Below are positions 1 to 17,863 of a stretch of DNA of 64,000 nucleotides, piece by piece; the stretch's first letter is position 1, and each line of letters opens with the position of its first letter. The translations under genes and the position numbers were made by a program. The notes under the pieces were generated by a model. It made no database searches. It was not told where the DNA came from and saw only the letters and a program-made list of their open reading frames with translations. Source of the DNA: the human T2T-CHM13v2.0 reference genome, Homo sapiens; assembly GCF_009914755.1 (NCBI RefSeq), contig NC_060942.1; one strand, given 5' to 3'.

Positions 1-600
1 AAAAAGAACATTAGAGGATCAACTCAGGAAGTTCTACATCCAACTAACAGTAGTTTCAGAAAGAACAGAGAGAACAATAAGGGAGAAATTAACAAAGAAA
101 GAATACAAGACAGTTTCTCAGGGCTAAAAAGTGCATAACCAGACTGTCAAAAGAAGCTACTCAGTAAAATAAGTGAAAAAGGAGTTATAAACCCCAACGT
201 GAAATTTCAAAATAGCAGGGATGAAGACCTTCAAAAACTTCTAACAGCTGGAGGGCTGGGGGTAATACATATAATGGCTTCTAGCTTTTTTAAGAGCAAT
301 GCTTGAAGCTAAAAGAAAGTGGATCAATTCTGAGGGAAATGATTTATAACTAACAATGTACACAGTCAAACCATCAATCAAGTATATAAAATAAGAACAT
401 TTTCCAACATTCATTCCTCAAAAATTTTATTTTCCATGCACCCTTTCTCAGGAAGCTACTAGAGATGTCCTTCACCATACTAAGGAAATACACACAAAAT
501 ATATATAAATGAAATACTACAGAGAAGTGAAGGGAAGGAAATCCTCAGGATGACAGCTGTGGAGTGGGCCTCGGACAGCAACCAGTCCGACATAAAATTG
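1..600 (+). mobile_element. Ancient L1M/HAL1-like fragment
   Basis: A-rich, with degenerate L1 ORF1-end motifs (agcaatgcttgaagctaaaaga, catgcaccctttctcaggaagctactaga). Confidence 0.5.
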
Positions 601-1699
601 AACACCATTTCCCAGCTTTTATTTCATTATATTCTCTGTGTTTTACAGCTTTTTTCTAATCAATCCTTTCCCCCGATTAAAGTATTTTTTAAAATAACAC
701 CACAATTGTATTGTGTATCTATTTATGCATGGAGACCCTTTGGAGAGCCACAGACCACTGTAATAGCTAAGATTTTTTTGTCCCCCAAGGACCAATTTTT
801 ACCACATAGGAATATCATCCTTAATGAGAATATATGCAGTAACAATAGAGATTTCTTGAAGGAGCCATTGATAAATGGGTTATTTGACAAATTAATCTCT
901 CGAGTAGAAAATACAGTTGAAGAAGTCTGAGAAACTAGCAACAGACACAAAGAACTGAGCAAGATGTTTTGTTTTGGTTTTTTTTTTTTTGAGACAGAGT
1001 TTCGCTCTTGTTGTCCAAGCTGGAGTGCAACGGTGGGATCTCGGCTTACTGCAACCTCCGCCTCAAGCAGCTGGGATTACAGGAGTGTGCCACCACGCCC
1101 AGCTGATTTTCTGTATTTTTAGTAGAAACAGGGTTTCACCATTTTAGTCAGGCTGGTCTTGAACTCCTGACCTCAGGTGATTCAGCCTCCCAAAGTGCTG
1201 GGATTACAGGCGTGAGCCACCACAAGATGTTTTTAAAAAGACAATTACTAACTCCTGAAAACACAAAATACTGTATCAGAAAGCCCAATAATTGGCTAAG
1301 CAGTGAAGAAGTGAATGACATTTAGTCATATTATAAGCAGTGAATATTAACCAAAAACTATGAGATGGAGTGGAAAGGATAGAGAGTAATTAAGCCAAAT
1401 CCTTATCAATGATAATGAGAAGTCAATAAATAAAACTTATTTAAATTTAAAACTTATTACGCCATAGACAGCCATATAAAAATATTACTTAGAAGCACAT
1501 AATCAATACCCGAGGAAAAGACTACAGAAATTGGTGGGGCAAGGTACAGATCACTGTTGTTTTTTCCTTTAAGTCTTTTTATCATTTTGTCTATGTACAC
1601 ATATCATTTTGATAAATTTATTTTTCTTTTGAGGCAGGGTCTTGCTCTGTCACCTAGGTTGGAGTGCAGTTGCGCAATCACAGCTTTTTGCACCCTTGA

Positions 1700-2208
<509 letters not shown>

Positions 2209-2837
2209 TAATAAATTAAAAGTAACAGGTATATGGGCTTTGGAGGTTAGCAAAATATTTGCAGTATGAAAAAGATACTTTTGGTCAGCATCTGAACTCA
2301 TTCCTGTCATCTCAGCACTTTGAGAGGTGGCTGCTTGAGGCCAGTGGTTTGAGACCAGCCTAGGCAACATAGCAAATGAGTGGACCTGGTCACTCATGCT
2401 TGTAATCCCAGCACTCTGGGAGGCCAAAGCAGGCAGATCACTTGAGGTCAGGAGTTTTAGACAAACGTGGCCAACATGGTGAAACCCCGTCTCTTATTAA
2501 AAATACAAAAATTAGCCGGGTGTGGTGGTGCACACCTGTAGTCCCAGAAACTCAGGAGGCTGGGGCAGAAGAATCGTGTGAACCCAGGGGGAAGAGGTTG
2601 CAGTGAGCCAAGATCGTGCCACTACACTCCAGCCTGGGCAAAAGAGTGAGACTCCGACTAAAAAAAATAAAATAAAATAAAATAAAATAAAATTAAAATT
2701 AAATAAAATAAAAAATACATAGGCCAGGCACAGTGGCTCACAACTGTAATCCCAGCACTTTGGGAGGCCAAGGTACGAGGATCGCTTGAGGCCAGAAGTT
2801 CAACACCAGCCTGCTAATAAACACAGCGAGACCTTAT

Positions 2838-2841
<4 letters not shown>

Positions 2842-2876
<35 letters not shown>
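2842..2876 (+). repeat. (CA)n microsatellite in an Alu middle A-rich region
   Basis: About 17 AC units read directly. Confidence 0.95.
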
Positions 2877-2878
<2 letters not shown>

Positions 2879-3365
2879 TTTTAATTAACCAAGCATAGTA
2901 CACACCTATAGTCCCACCTACTCAGGAGGCTGAGATGGGATGACCCCTTGAGCTCAAGAGTTCAAGGTTACAGTGGGCTATGATCATACCACTGCACACC
3001 AGCCTTAGGGTGATAGAGTAAGACCCTGTCTCTTAAAAATAAGAAAAAAAAATAAAAGAAATAAATATAAGACAAAAAGATATTTTTGTTTTTTAAATAT
3101 GATAGGTAATCCCTCTCTGTGCCCCTTTAGCACTTTTGGCATACCAGGTATGCCACAGCTCTATTACAATGTATTGTTGATATTAACGTATTATAAATTA
3201 GACCTTACTATGATTACTGATTAACACGTTTGTCTCCCTACCAGATTATAAACTTTAAAGCATGTGTTATTCATCTCTGCATCTCAATACAAAGCACACA
3301 GCAGAAATCAATAAATATTTGTTGCATGGCTAACAAACTTGTTAAGATCCTGCAAAACAGAATCA

Positions 3366-3467
<102 letters not shown>

Positions 3468-3528
3468 TCAGTTGAGGTCAGGAGTTCGAAACCAGCCTGG
3501 CCAACATGATGAAACTCCATCACCTCTA

Positions 3529-3810
<282 letters not shown>

Positions 3811-4584
3811 TCAACACTTTGAGAGGCCAGGGTGAGAGGATCACTTGAACATAGTGAGACCCTGTCTCTACAAAAAAATTTAAAAATTAGCCAAGCATGG
3901 TGGTGTGCAGCTATAGTCCTAATTACTTGGGAGGCTGAGGTGAGAAGATTGCATAAGTCCAGGAGTTCAAGGCTGCAATGAGCAATGATTACACCACTAC
4001 ACTCCAGCCTGTGTGACAGAGAGAGACCTTGTCTCTTTTAAAAAAACATATTAGCCTGGCATAGTTGGTAGGCTGAGGTGAGAGGATCACCTGAGCCCAG
4101 GGAGGTTGAGGCTACAGTGAACTGTGATAGCACCACTGCACTCCAGCCTGGTTGACAGAGTGAGACCCTGTCACAAAAAATACTATAAATAAAAATAAAA
4201 AGAAACACTAAGTGACTTATTCAGGTTATCTAATTAACTAATGACTATGGTAGTACAAAAACTTGGACACTCTGGCATTTGATTCATTGCCCTTCACACT
4301 ACAACACTGATGAGAGAAAAATAACAGTTCAAATTCTATTCCTTTCTCCAAGAAATACCCAAATTTTTGCTTCATATTGAAAACATGCTAGGAACTGTTA
4401 AGAAATTCAGATTTTTTTGACTGGTAAAGATAACCATAATATTCTCAACTTAAAATTATCAAGTTGACTCATCTTGCTGGAATTAAAACTAAAGGCAAAG
4501 AAAAAAGAAAAAAATACAGAACACTTAAACGAAATAATTCTACAAATATTTTTAACTATACAAGAGCAACAACTAACTTGGTGA

Positions 4585-4965
<381 letters not shown>

Positions 4966-5837
4966 TAAAGTATTAGATTATAAACTATCCTGGCCTAAAA
5001 AGATTACTTTATTAGACTGCTGAAATATGTTAATTTGATGATGTACTTTGAATATTTTCCCTCTAAAATATCTACCCCATGTCAATTAAGACTTTTTAAT
5101 ATTGGAAAACAGTTAGACCAAATACTTCTAATTCACTTTACATATTAATATATAATTTCAGGCTGGGAACAGTGGCTCACACCTGTAATCCCAGCACTTG
5201 GGAAGCTAAGCAGGAGGATCACTTGAGGTCAGGAGTTTAACACCAGCCTGGGGAACATAATGAGACTCCCTATCTCTATAAAAATTTAATTTAAAAAATA
5301 AAACACAGGAGGATCACTTGAGGTCAGGAGTTTAAGACCAGCCTGGGGAACATAATGAGACCCCCTATCTCTATAAAAATTTAATTTAAAAAATAAAATA
5401 CATATGTACATATATGATTTTACCTACCAATCTTGTTATGAAAACATTTACCATTCAAGTTAAAGACGTACTCACAACAGATTACATATTTACGCATTTT
5501 ATAAACATTTCCTCCACTTAACACCAAGCAAGATAAAAATACAATAAACTTAATGCTTATTTAATTATAATATTACTTATGTCACAAAAGAATTTTTTAA
5601 TTTACTGTTAGTTCTTTCATTCAACAAATATTTATTATGCATATGTTCTAGATACTACTTTAGGTCCTAAAATAATAAACAGGCAAAGTTCCTAGGACTG
5701 TTTTCAACATTGTATTCTCAGGCCCTAGCACTTAGTAAACTCTTAAATACATGTTGATCATCTCCCAAGTCATAGAATCGCTTTTTCTAACAAAACGAAA
5801 TTTCACTCAAAAAATAACAATAAACCTTGTTACATAC

Positions 5838-6032
5838 CACTGATGTTAAGGTCATAATCTCCTGCTGTAATCACATTAGCTACTAATCCTTCTGCAGGCT
5901 GACTGCCAGAAACAACATCATTCAAAAGCTTCCGGATGGCTCCAGGCTGAGGTGGCTGGGTGACAATGTTGCTTACTGCTATCTTCAAATTTTTAATTAC
6001 GTGAAGTTGATTATTAGGATCTCTCATGTGAA
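5838..6032 (-). CDS. TRAPPC8: TRAPPC8 coding exon 2
   Basis: A polypyrimidine tract and AG acceptor (tttctttaaag|TT) precede 195 nt in phase with exon 1, encoding (V)HMRDPNNQLHVIKNLKIAVSNIVTQPPQPGAIRKLLNDVVSGSQPAEGLVANVITAGDYDLNIS. Donor is G|GTATGT. The gene continues beyond position 1. Confidence 0.95.
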
Positions 6033-6770
6033 CTTTAAAGAAAAAAAGAAAAAAACTTGAAATTAATTCTATACAATGCATAATAACCCAAAATTGGGCT
6101 GATGGTTTACAAACAAAAAGGATGTACAAAGCAGAAGCCAGCAATTCCAAGTGGAACGTTCTTCCAGAAATATAAATGGTTGACAACATTCCCTCATATA
6201 CCAAAAGGGCTAGCTAGACAGTTTATTAACCACAGGATTCCTTCCCCTCTCACTACTGCTCAGCTTTCCTACTGTAGGTCCTCTCCTTTCCTATGTTTGG
6301 AGTTGCCAGAAACCAACTACTATCCATACCACTTCCCTTATTCTCACCTCACACTAAAGCTGGTCCAAGGCAGCGTAAGGTCTATGGTATTAACACTAGA
6401 AACAGTAAAAGGAAAAAGAAAGGGGAGTTAAAATGTTGCACTTGGGCTTCCTTCTTCTTTCCCTAGTCGGCCTGCATTCTTAGCCTCTTTTTCACTCTCA
6501 TAAAAATCAATGCCCACACCAGTGCACGATGCTGTGGTGGAGGCTGTGCATGTGCAGGGCCAAGAGGTATGTAGAAACTCTCTGTACTTTCTGCTCAAAT
6601 TTGCCATTAATCTAAAACTGGTCTTAAAAATAGAGTCTACTTAAAAAAAAAACTCTGGCCAGGCGCGGTGGCTCACGCCTATAATCACAGCACTTTGGGA
6701 GGCCGAGACAGACAGCTTGAAGTCAGGAGTTGGAGACAAGCCTGGCCAACATGGCAAAACCTTGTCTCTA

Positions 6771-6986
<216 letters not shown>

Positions 6987-7622
6987 TTACCACCCTAATA
7001 CTTCCTGCCTCCACCGTCCTATAGTCCTTGTTTCAGCCTATACAATTTATAACCAGTAAGTAGTTCAGAGATTCAGGACAGGGAATAGGTTCTGAGGCAA
7101 TTACAGCAAGAAGACAGTGTCCACAGTCCACAGAACAAAATGTGAGCATATTTTTTCACATAATCAGACAAAATGTTCCACAGTAGCATTAAAAGCAGTC
7201 CATTACAGGGCTGGGCACAGTGGCTCACGCCTGTAATCCCAGCACTTTAGTAGGTAGAGGTGGGTGGATCACCTGAGGTCAGGAGTTCGAGACCAGCCTG
7301 GCCAACATAGTGAAACCTCGTCTCTACTAAAAATACAAAAAGTAGCCAGGCATGGTGGCGGGCGCCTGTAATCCCAGCTACTGGGGACGCTGAGGCAGGA
7401 GAATCACTTGAATGCGGAGGCTGCAGTGAGCCAAGGCGGAGGGTTGCAGTGAGCCAAGATTGCGCCACTGCATTCCAGCCTGGGCGACAGAGTGAGACTC
7501 CGTCTCAAAAAAAAAAAAAAAAAAAAAAAGCCGGGCGCAGTGGCTCACACCTGTAATCCCAGCACTTTGGGAGGCCAAGGCGGGCAGATCACGAGGTCAG
7601 GAGACCGAGACCATCCTGGCTA

Positions 7623-8055
<433 letters not shown>

Positions 8056-8536
8056 ACATAATGAAGGCGGTATAGCAGCAGCAGCAGATACAACATCACC
8101 TATTTCACCTGCACCATGGGTTATTATCACATACAAATAAGAGGCAACTTTGGGAAAGTGGTCTGGGTACCTACAAATAAAGAATGACACATTCTTCTCA
8201 ATGGAAAATGCCTTATACCAAAATCAAGGCCTGCGTATATTTTAAATAAAGTTATATGCATACAAACTTTTCTACATTTCCTATGTGTTCTATTGATTTC
8301 TAACATTTTTTACTAAAAAAAAAGACTCAAAAACGTTTTTAAAATACTGTATGTGGTACAAATGTGTATTTATATTGTAAACATAAATATAGATACACAA
8401 AAAGTATACATGCAGCCGGGCATGGTGTCTCACTGTTGTAATCCCAGCACTTTTGGGAGGCTGAAGCGGGCGGAACACTTGAGGTCAGGAGTTCGAGACC
8501 AGCCTGGCCAACAAGGTGAAACCCCCATCTCTACTA

Positions 8537-8719
<183 letters not shown>

Positions 8720-9093
8720 CTATGATAGTGGTTGCCTATAAAAGGAAGGAAAGAAAAGAGACTAAGATAAGGTAGAAAGAAAACTTCAACCTGGGAAGTC
8801 TGTCCTATAACGTTTGATTTTTTTTTTAAAAGAAAAGATAAAAAGCAAATATGATGGAGGGTTAATATTTGTTAGTTCTGGGTAGTGGGGAGGTGGATGT
8901 TTCTTGTATTATCTGCATTCTTCTATAACTGTTATGTTTTCTAACTTAAATAAACATACCAGCCTCTCTCCCTAAACTTCCCAGTCAGTCTAATTATGCA
9001 GCAGAGAAACAAACAAACAAACAAAAAAACTATGGTGCATTTCTGATATCCTTAGGAACATATTGGACAAGTATTTTCCTTAAAGTTGCTTCA

Positions 9094-9408
<315 letters not shown>

Positions 9409-9458
9409 TCACACTACTGCACTCCAGCCTGCTGGGCAACAGAGAGAGGCTCCGTCTC

Positions 9459-9459
9459 A

Positions 9460-9510
<51 letters not shown>

Positions 9511-9511
9511 A
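9459..9511 (+). repeat. (TAAA)n microsatellite (Alu tail)
   Basis: About 13 TAAA units read directly. Confidence 0.95.
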
Positions 9512-9704
9512 ATGTATTTTGAAAATAATGACATCTTTTATGCTTTTACCCAGCATATAAAACTGTACAAAGAAAACAGGCTAGGCCGGGCGCGATGGCT
9601 CATGCCTGTAATCCCAACACTTTGAGAGACCTTGGCGGGCGGATCACCTGAGGTTGGGAGTTCAAAACCAGCCTGACCAACATAGAGAAACCCCGTCTCT
9701 ACTA

Positions 9705-9860
<156 letters not shown>

Positions 9861-9863
9861 TCA

Positions 9864-10105
<242 letters not shown>

Positions 10106-10183
10106 AGGCTTTATGAACAAGCCTGCGATTATAGGCTTGAGCCACTGGACCCACTGCACCCAGTGAGTGCCTCAAGCCTGTAA

Positions 10184-10552
<369 letters not shown>

Positions 10553-12060
10553 TGAGCCACCACACCTGGCACAAGACCCCATCTCTATAAAAAAATTTTT
10601 TTTAATTAGCTGGGTGTGATGGCACACACCTGTGTGCTACTCAGGAGGCTAAGGTAGGAGGATCTTGTATACTTTATACATATAAAACTTTACCATATTA
10701 AAAAACCCTCTGGCTGGGTGTAGTGGCTCAAGCCTGTAATCTAGGCACTTTGGGAGGCCGAGGCTGGCAGATCGCTTGAGTCCAAGAGTTCAAGAACAGC
10801 CTGGGAAACACAGCAAAACCCCATCTCTACAAAAAAAATTTTTTTTTTAATTAGCCAAATGTGTGATGCAAACCTGTAATCCCAGCTACCCAGGAGGCCA
10901 ATGTGGAATGATCGCTTGAGCCCAGGAGGTCGAGGCTGCAGTGAACCATGATCATGCCCCCTGTATCCAGCCTAGGTGACAAAGTGAGACCCTGTCTCGA
11001 AAAATTAATAAAACAAAATGAAAACAAATTTCGAAAAACTGACTTGAATTTTATTCAGAGTTTGGTACTTCCACACCTTGGAGATTAATTACTTCATTAT
11101 ATAAACATGGTAGTTAAGATTGATGAAATATTTCCAACTAAAAGAAATTTAAGAGGCCAGACGCAGTGGCTCATGCCTGTAATCCAGCACTTTGGGAGGC
11201 CGAAGGCGGGTGGATCACTTGAGGTCGGGAGTTCGAGACTAGCCTGGCCAACATAGCAAAACCCTGTCTCTACTAACAACACGAAAATTAGCCAGGAGTG
11301 GTGGCCCGTGCCTGTAATGCCAGCTACTTAGGAGGCTGAGGCAGGAGAATTGCTTGAACCTGGGAGGCGGAGGTTGCAGTGAGCTAAGATTGTGCGACGG
11401 CACTGCAGTCTGGGTGACAGAGCAAGACTCCGTCTTTAAAAAAAAAAAAAAAAAAAGGAGCCAGGCGCGGTGGCTCACGCCTGTAATCCCAACACTTTGG
11501 GAGGCCAAGGCGGGTGGATCACGAGGTCAGGAGATCAAGACCATCCTGGCTAACATGGTGAAATCCCGTCTCTACTAAAAAAACACAAAAAATTAGCCAG
11601 GCGTGGTGGTGGGCGCCTATAGTCCCAGCTACTCAGGAGTCTGAGGCAGGAGAATGGAGTGAACCCAGGAGGCGGAGCTTGCAGTGAGCTGAGACGCACC
11701 ACTGCACTCCAGCCTGGGTGACAGAGCGAGACTCCGTCTCAAAAAATAAAAATAAAGGAAAAGGAAAGAAATTTAAGGCCGGTCGCAGTGGCTCGCGCCT
11801 GTAATCAAAGCACTTTGGGAATCCAAAGCGGGTAAATTGCTTGAGTCCATGAGTTTGAGACCGGCTGGGCAGCATGGCAAAACCCCATTTCTACAAAAAC
11901 TACAAAAATTAGCCAGGTGTGGTGGTACATGCCCATAACCCCAGCTACTGGTGAGGCTGATGAGGGAGGATATTTTGAGCCAGAAGGTTGAGGCTATAGT
12001 GAGCCACGGAGTTCAAGACCAGCCTGGGCAACAGAGTGAGGCTCTGTCTCAAAAAAAAAA

Positions 12061-12412
<352 letters not shown>

Positions 12413-13390
12413 TAGAGATGGGGTTTCGCCACGTTAGCCACGCTGGTCTCAAACTCCTGACCTCAGGTTATCATCCAACTCAGCCTCCCAAAGTGCTGAG
12501 ATTACAGGCCTAAGACACTGCACCTGGCCTACTTTTTAATCCCTTTAGTAACCTTAATTTCAAAATAAAATAATATATAACCCACATACTTCCAAGTTAG
12601 TGTTTAAGTGAAATTTTCTTAAAACTTACAGAACATCTAAATGATATATTGCAACATTGTTTAGAACTATCAAAGAACTATCACTAAGCAAAAACAAGGC
12701 TTAATTTTAATTTTTTGTTGTTTGCTTGATTAATTAATATTAATACCACGACTCTTTGAAACATGGCCAGTGGAAATTCTTTGAGTATTAGGATCTCAAA
12801 ATTTGTGTCAAACAATGACTACATTAACTCTCAAACATACATCAAGCATAACAATCACAGAAAATACATATAATAAATTTAATTATATATTTTAATATAA
12901 TTTAATTTTAACATAATTTAATACTCTTCAGGTTTTAAAATGTCTCTAAGGAACCTAAAATGGCTCTCCGTTGTGTAATACATCAAGTCTAAACTGTATT
13001 TTGAAGGCCCTACACACAAATAGTACTCAAATCTCTTCTACCAACCCTCTCTTTGGTATAGCTTTAAACCAAGTGTTTTCTACTAAAATCTAAAAATAAG
13101 TCTCCTGACAATACTTGGCACTGTACTTGACACTCCTTGAAAACTCAGCAGTCAAGGCAAAGTTCTACCCTAAGTAAAGGCATACCTACAGGCCAGAAAT
13201 TGAGTCTTCTTTTTTAACATATTTTTTCTCCCTCTAAGGAAATGTTAGCTGGTTTTAGTCAGTTGTATTCTTAAATTACATTGCCTGAAATTATATTCTC
13301 ATGCCTCACTTGCTAAAGAAAAGCTGTTGCCTAGCTCAGTGGCTCATGCCTGTAATCCCAGCACTTTGGGAGGCCAAGGCGGGCAGATCA

Positions 13391-13561
<171 letters not shown>

Positions 13562-14494
13562 CTATCTCGCCGCTGCACTCCAGCCTGGTGACAGAGCGAG
13601 ACTCCGTCTCAAAAAAAAAAAAAAAAAAAAAAAGCTGTCTTTGAAGAATCCCCACACTTGAAACAAAAAGTAGCTGTTCTAGGTGGTAAAGAATTCTAAA
13701 ATGTATTTATACCAGCAAAAAACTAAAACCAAGAAAAATTAAGTCCTCTTTGCCAAATTTCTAATGCTACTATCATAGTCCATGTTCATCTTGAAATGTA
13801 AAACTTGTATCTACTTATATCTATCCTTATAAACCACACAACTCACTAATCTCCAAAACTTTCAACTCATTAATGTCCAAATGTTTCAGACCCTCAAGAA
13901 TCTACTCACATTTACCATTAGACATAAAATCGCAAATCCCTTTCCTAGAATTCAAGGTCCTCCCTTTATCTAAGCATCCTCTTACTACTCTGTACCCCAG
14001 TAAGAGTTTCCTCCCTGTTTCCCAACCATTCAGTCATAATTTAGACCTTTTGCCCATACCATTATAACCTCATACCACTCCTTCATAGGGAATGACTGCC
14101 CTCTTGCTTTCTACCAACTGTCTACCTGTCCACTAACGTCCAACTCATTATACTCCTTCACTAGGCTGGACGCAGTGGTCCGAGACGAGCCTGGGCAACA
14201 AGGAGAAACCCCATCTCTACAAAAAATTTAAAAATTAGCCAGGCATGATGGCATGTGCCTGTAGTCCCAGCTACTTGGGAGGCTGAGACAAGAGGATAGC
14301 TAGAACCTGGGAAGTTGAGGCTGCAGTGGGTGAGGGAGCTATGGTGATACAATTGCACTCCAGCCCTCCCAGCGTGGGTAACAGAGCAAGACCTTGTCTC
14401 AAAACAAAAAACAAACAAACAAAAAAACTCCTTCCCTAATCTTCCCCAGTCTCCTGAAGGAAATCAGAAGTGTACTGACAATGAGCCGCTATCA

Positions 14495-15380
<886 letters not shown>

Positions 15381-15865
15381 CTCTATGGTGTAAATACATA
15401 ATTCTAAATACTGTCAGGAGATAAGATGATTAAGAACACAATGTCTTGAGTCACACTGCCTGTTTCAAATCTTTCCCAGACGCAAAACTGTGAACAAATT
15501 AACACTTCTATGCTTCAAGGTCCTCAAATTTAAAATTGCAATAACAGGATTCAATGAGGACTAAAAAAGAAAAGTTACACAAAGCAAGTATCAGGTATTA
15601 GCATTATTATTATTTATTAAGAAAGAAGGAAAGAGTACACATATAAAAGTAAAACTAGCTCAAGTGTTTGTGTTTTTTTAGGAATTCAAGGCCGGGCGCG
15701 GTGGCTCACGCCCATAATCCCCGCACTTTGCGAGGCCGAGGCGGGCAGATCACCTGAGGTCGGGAGTTCGAGACCAACCTGACCAACATGGAGAAACCCT
15801 GTCTCTACTAAAAATACAAAAATTATCCGAGTATGGTGGCGCATGCCTGTAATCTCAGTTACTCA

Positions 15866-15970
<105 letters not shown>

Positions 15971-17136
15971 TCAAAATAAATAAATAAATAAATAACAAAA
16001 AAATAAAAAACGTAGGGCATTTTGTTGCTCTTAAGTCCAACACTGAAGGAACTGAGACTGATGGCTACGATACAGGCTAAAGAAAATCCAAAAGTTTCCA
16101 AACTTTGTTTTTTTGGACAGCTCCCTCTCTCCGCTAAAAACAAAAGCTAATTTATAATGGAACTATTCTCCCAAAAAACATGGTAGCGCAAAAATGGTAC
16201 AGCACTGATTTTTTTTGTGGATAAGTCATATTAAGCTAACAAACATCACAGTCGTTTGCCTGACACAGGCTTATTATGAAACCCTTCAGTTCTTACCGAC
16301 CTTAACAAAAAAAACTTTACTTGGACTTTGTTGTTTGCAAGATATTGGCTAAAACATGCTTGAAGCTTTACCACATTATTTTCTCCTAATAAAAAAATCC
16401 AAAACTGGAGAAAACGGGTAGCTTCTTAACAAGACATTCATTAACAAGAGAAGACATTTCCATCCCTATAACTATAGATAACTCCAAATATCCAGGTTAA
16501 ATTAACCACAACTTGGGCTTGCTTCCTCTTCCTTAGGGCAAAAAGCTGCTTCAAGTTTTATTCTTCTTATAATACTTTTAATTTTCTTGAGAGGTTAAGC
16601 AAAATACCGTATAGCTAAGAATATATTAGTAAAACAGCTACACGGTAGTTCAGACAGAGATGACCCTCAACGCTACAAGAATGTAATAACATCCACAACT
16701 ACTTTCAAAGTCCAGTTTAACATCCAAGGGAGGATGACAGGTCTTCCTTACTCAGACCCTGTCGGTCTAAGAGGCAGCATTTTCCTACCTTAGCTGCTTT
16801 GCAAGTGCCTAATTCCTTCGCTATGGCCGTGGAGAACAGTCTCAATGCCGTTCTCGAAGACTCACGTTTATCTTTGCACCAATTACTTAACGACCTAGGT
16901 TGTCCGAGGAAGAAAGGAAGTGCCCAGAGAAACTGGAGCTTAGGACTGCGCTGTCTTGACAACCTCACGGTCCCTCCTCCAGCCGCCCCCGGAGCACCGC
17001 GGGGCCACAGCCCCAGACGCCACGGTACCGGCTCCAGGACGTAAACACTGCCCTTCTCTTCCCTGCCCGCCCGCAACTTCCTTCTCCCGACCACGGCTTT
17101 GCGGGAGCCCACTGGAAAAGGGAGGATACCACATAC

Positions 17137-17293
17137 CCTCGGAAGTGAGGCGGGAGAAGGGCTTAAGCAGCTCCGCGAAGCTGAGGTGATTGAGACGAGT
17201 GAGCCGCTCGGCTTCGTCGCTGCACAGCGCAGCGACACAGGGGACGAAGGAGTCCGGGATTAGCTCCTGCACTGATTGTACACACTGGGCCAT
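17137..17293 (-). CDS. TRAPPC8: TRAPPC8 coding exon 1 (TRAPPIII subunit, Trs85 homologue)
   Basis: The ATG at 17293 in GCGGCG-ATG-G context translates to MAQCVQSVQELIPDSFVPCVAALCSDEAERLTRLNHLSFAELLKPFSRLTSE, which I recognise as the TRAPPC8 N-terminus. The exon ends at donor G|GTATGT (157 nt, phase 1) and lies in a CpG island. Confidence 0.95.
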
Positions 17294-17827
17294 CGCCGCA
17301 GCACAGGCAGCGGCGGCGCCCGCCCTCCGGCCCACCCTGCGAGGTTATCCTGCGGCTGCAGCAGCTACCGCCGCCGCCCGCCGGCCTGGCCCGGCCGGGC
17401 GGGGCCCCGAACGCACTGGAGCCTAGAAACAAGAAGGAACAGACGCCGCCGCTTCGGTTTCTGGGGCACAATCCACTGACCCCCCCCTTCCCGTCACCGC
17501 CGCTTCTCAGCGCTCGTCCCCGCGTGCTCGCATTCCACCCCGATAGGTGGAGACGCCGACAGTCACCACTTAGTCCTTCGGACGGCAAAACCTTGGTCAC
17601 TGCCCGGCCGGAACCGCCATGTTGAGGCCGAACCCTGACCAACCGGCAGTACTACTCCCAGCTGCCCCCGCGCGCGTCCCTCACGTGACTGTGTTAAAGG
17701 AGACGGTAGGGGCAAGGGAAGAGAGCTGAGGAGAGGGAAGTGAAAAACGACGGAGGCCGGTTGGGAGGCTGGAGCCGGAAGTGTTGTGACGGAAGCTCCC
17801 TGGGCGGGGCGGGGCTACAAGTGCGGT

Positions 17828-17863
17828 GGGCGGGGGCGGGGGCGGGGGCGGGGGCGGGGGGGG
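17828..17863 (+). repeat. (GGGGGC)n GC-box tandem repeat
   Basis: Sequence gggc-(gggggc)4-gggggggg read directly. Confidence 0.9.

Noticed and set aside
550-962. 126-aa and 79-aa ORFs near the window start
   Set aside because: They lie in intronic, repeat-derived AT-rich sequence with no recognisable homology and no convincing splice sites in TRAPPC8 phase.
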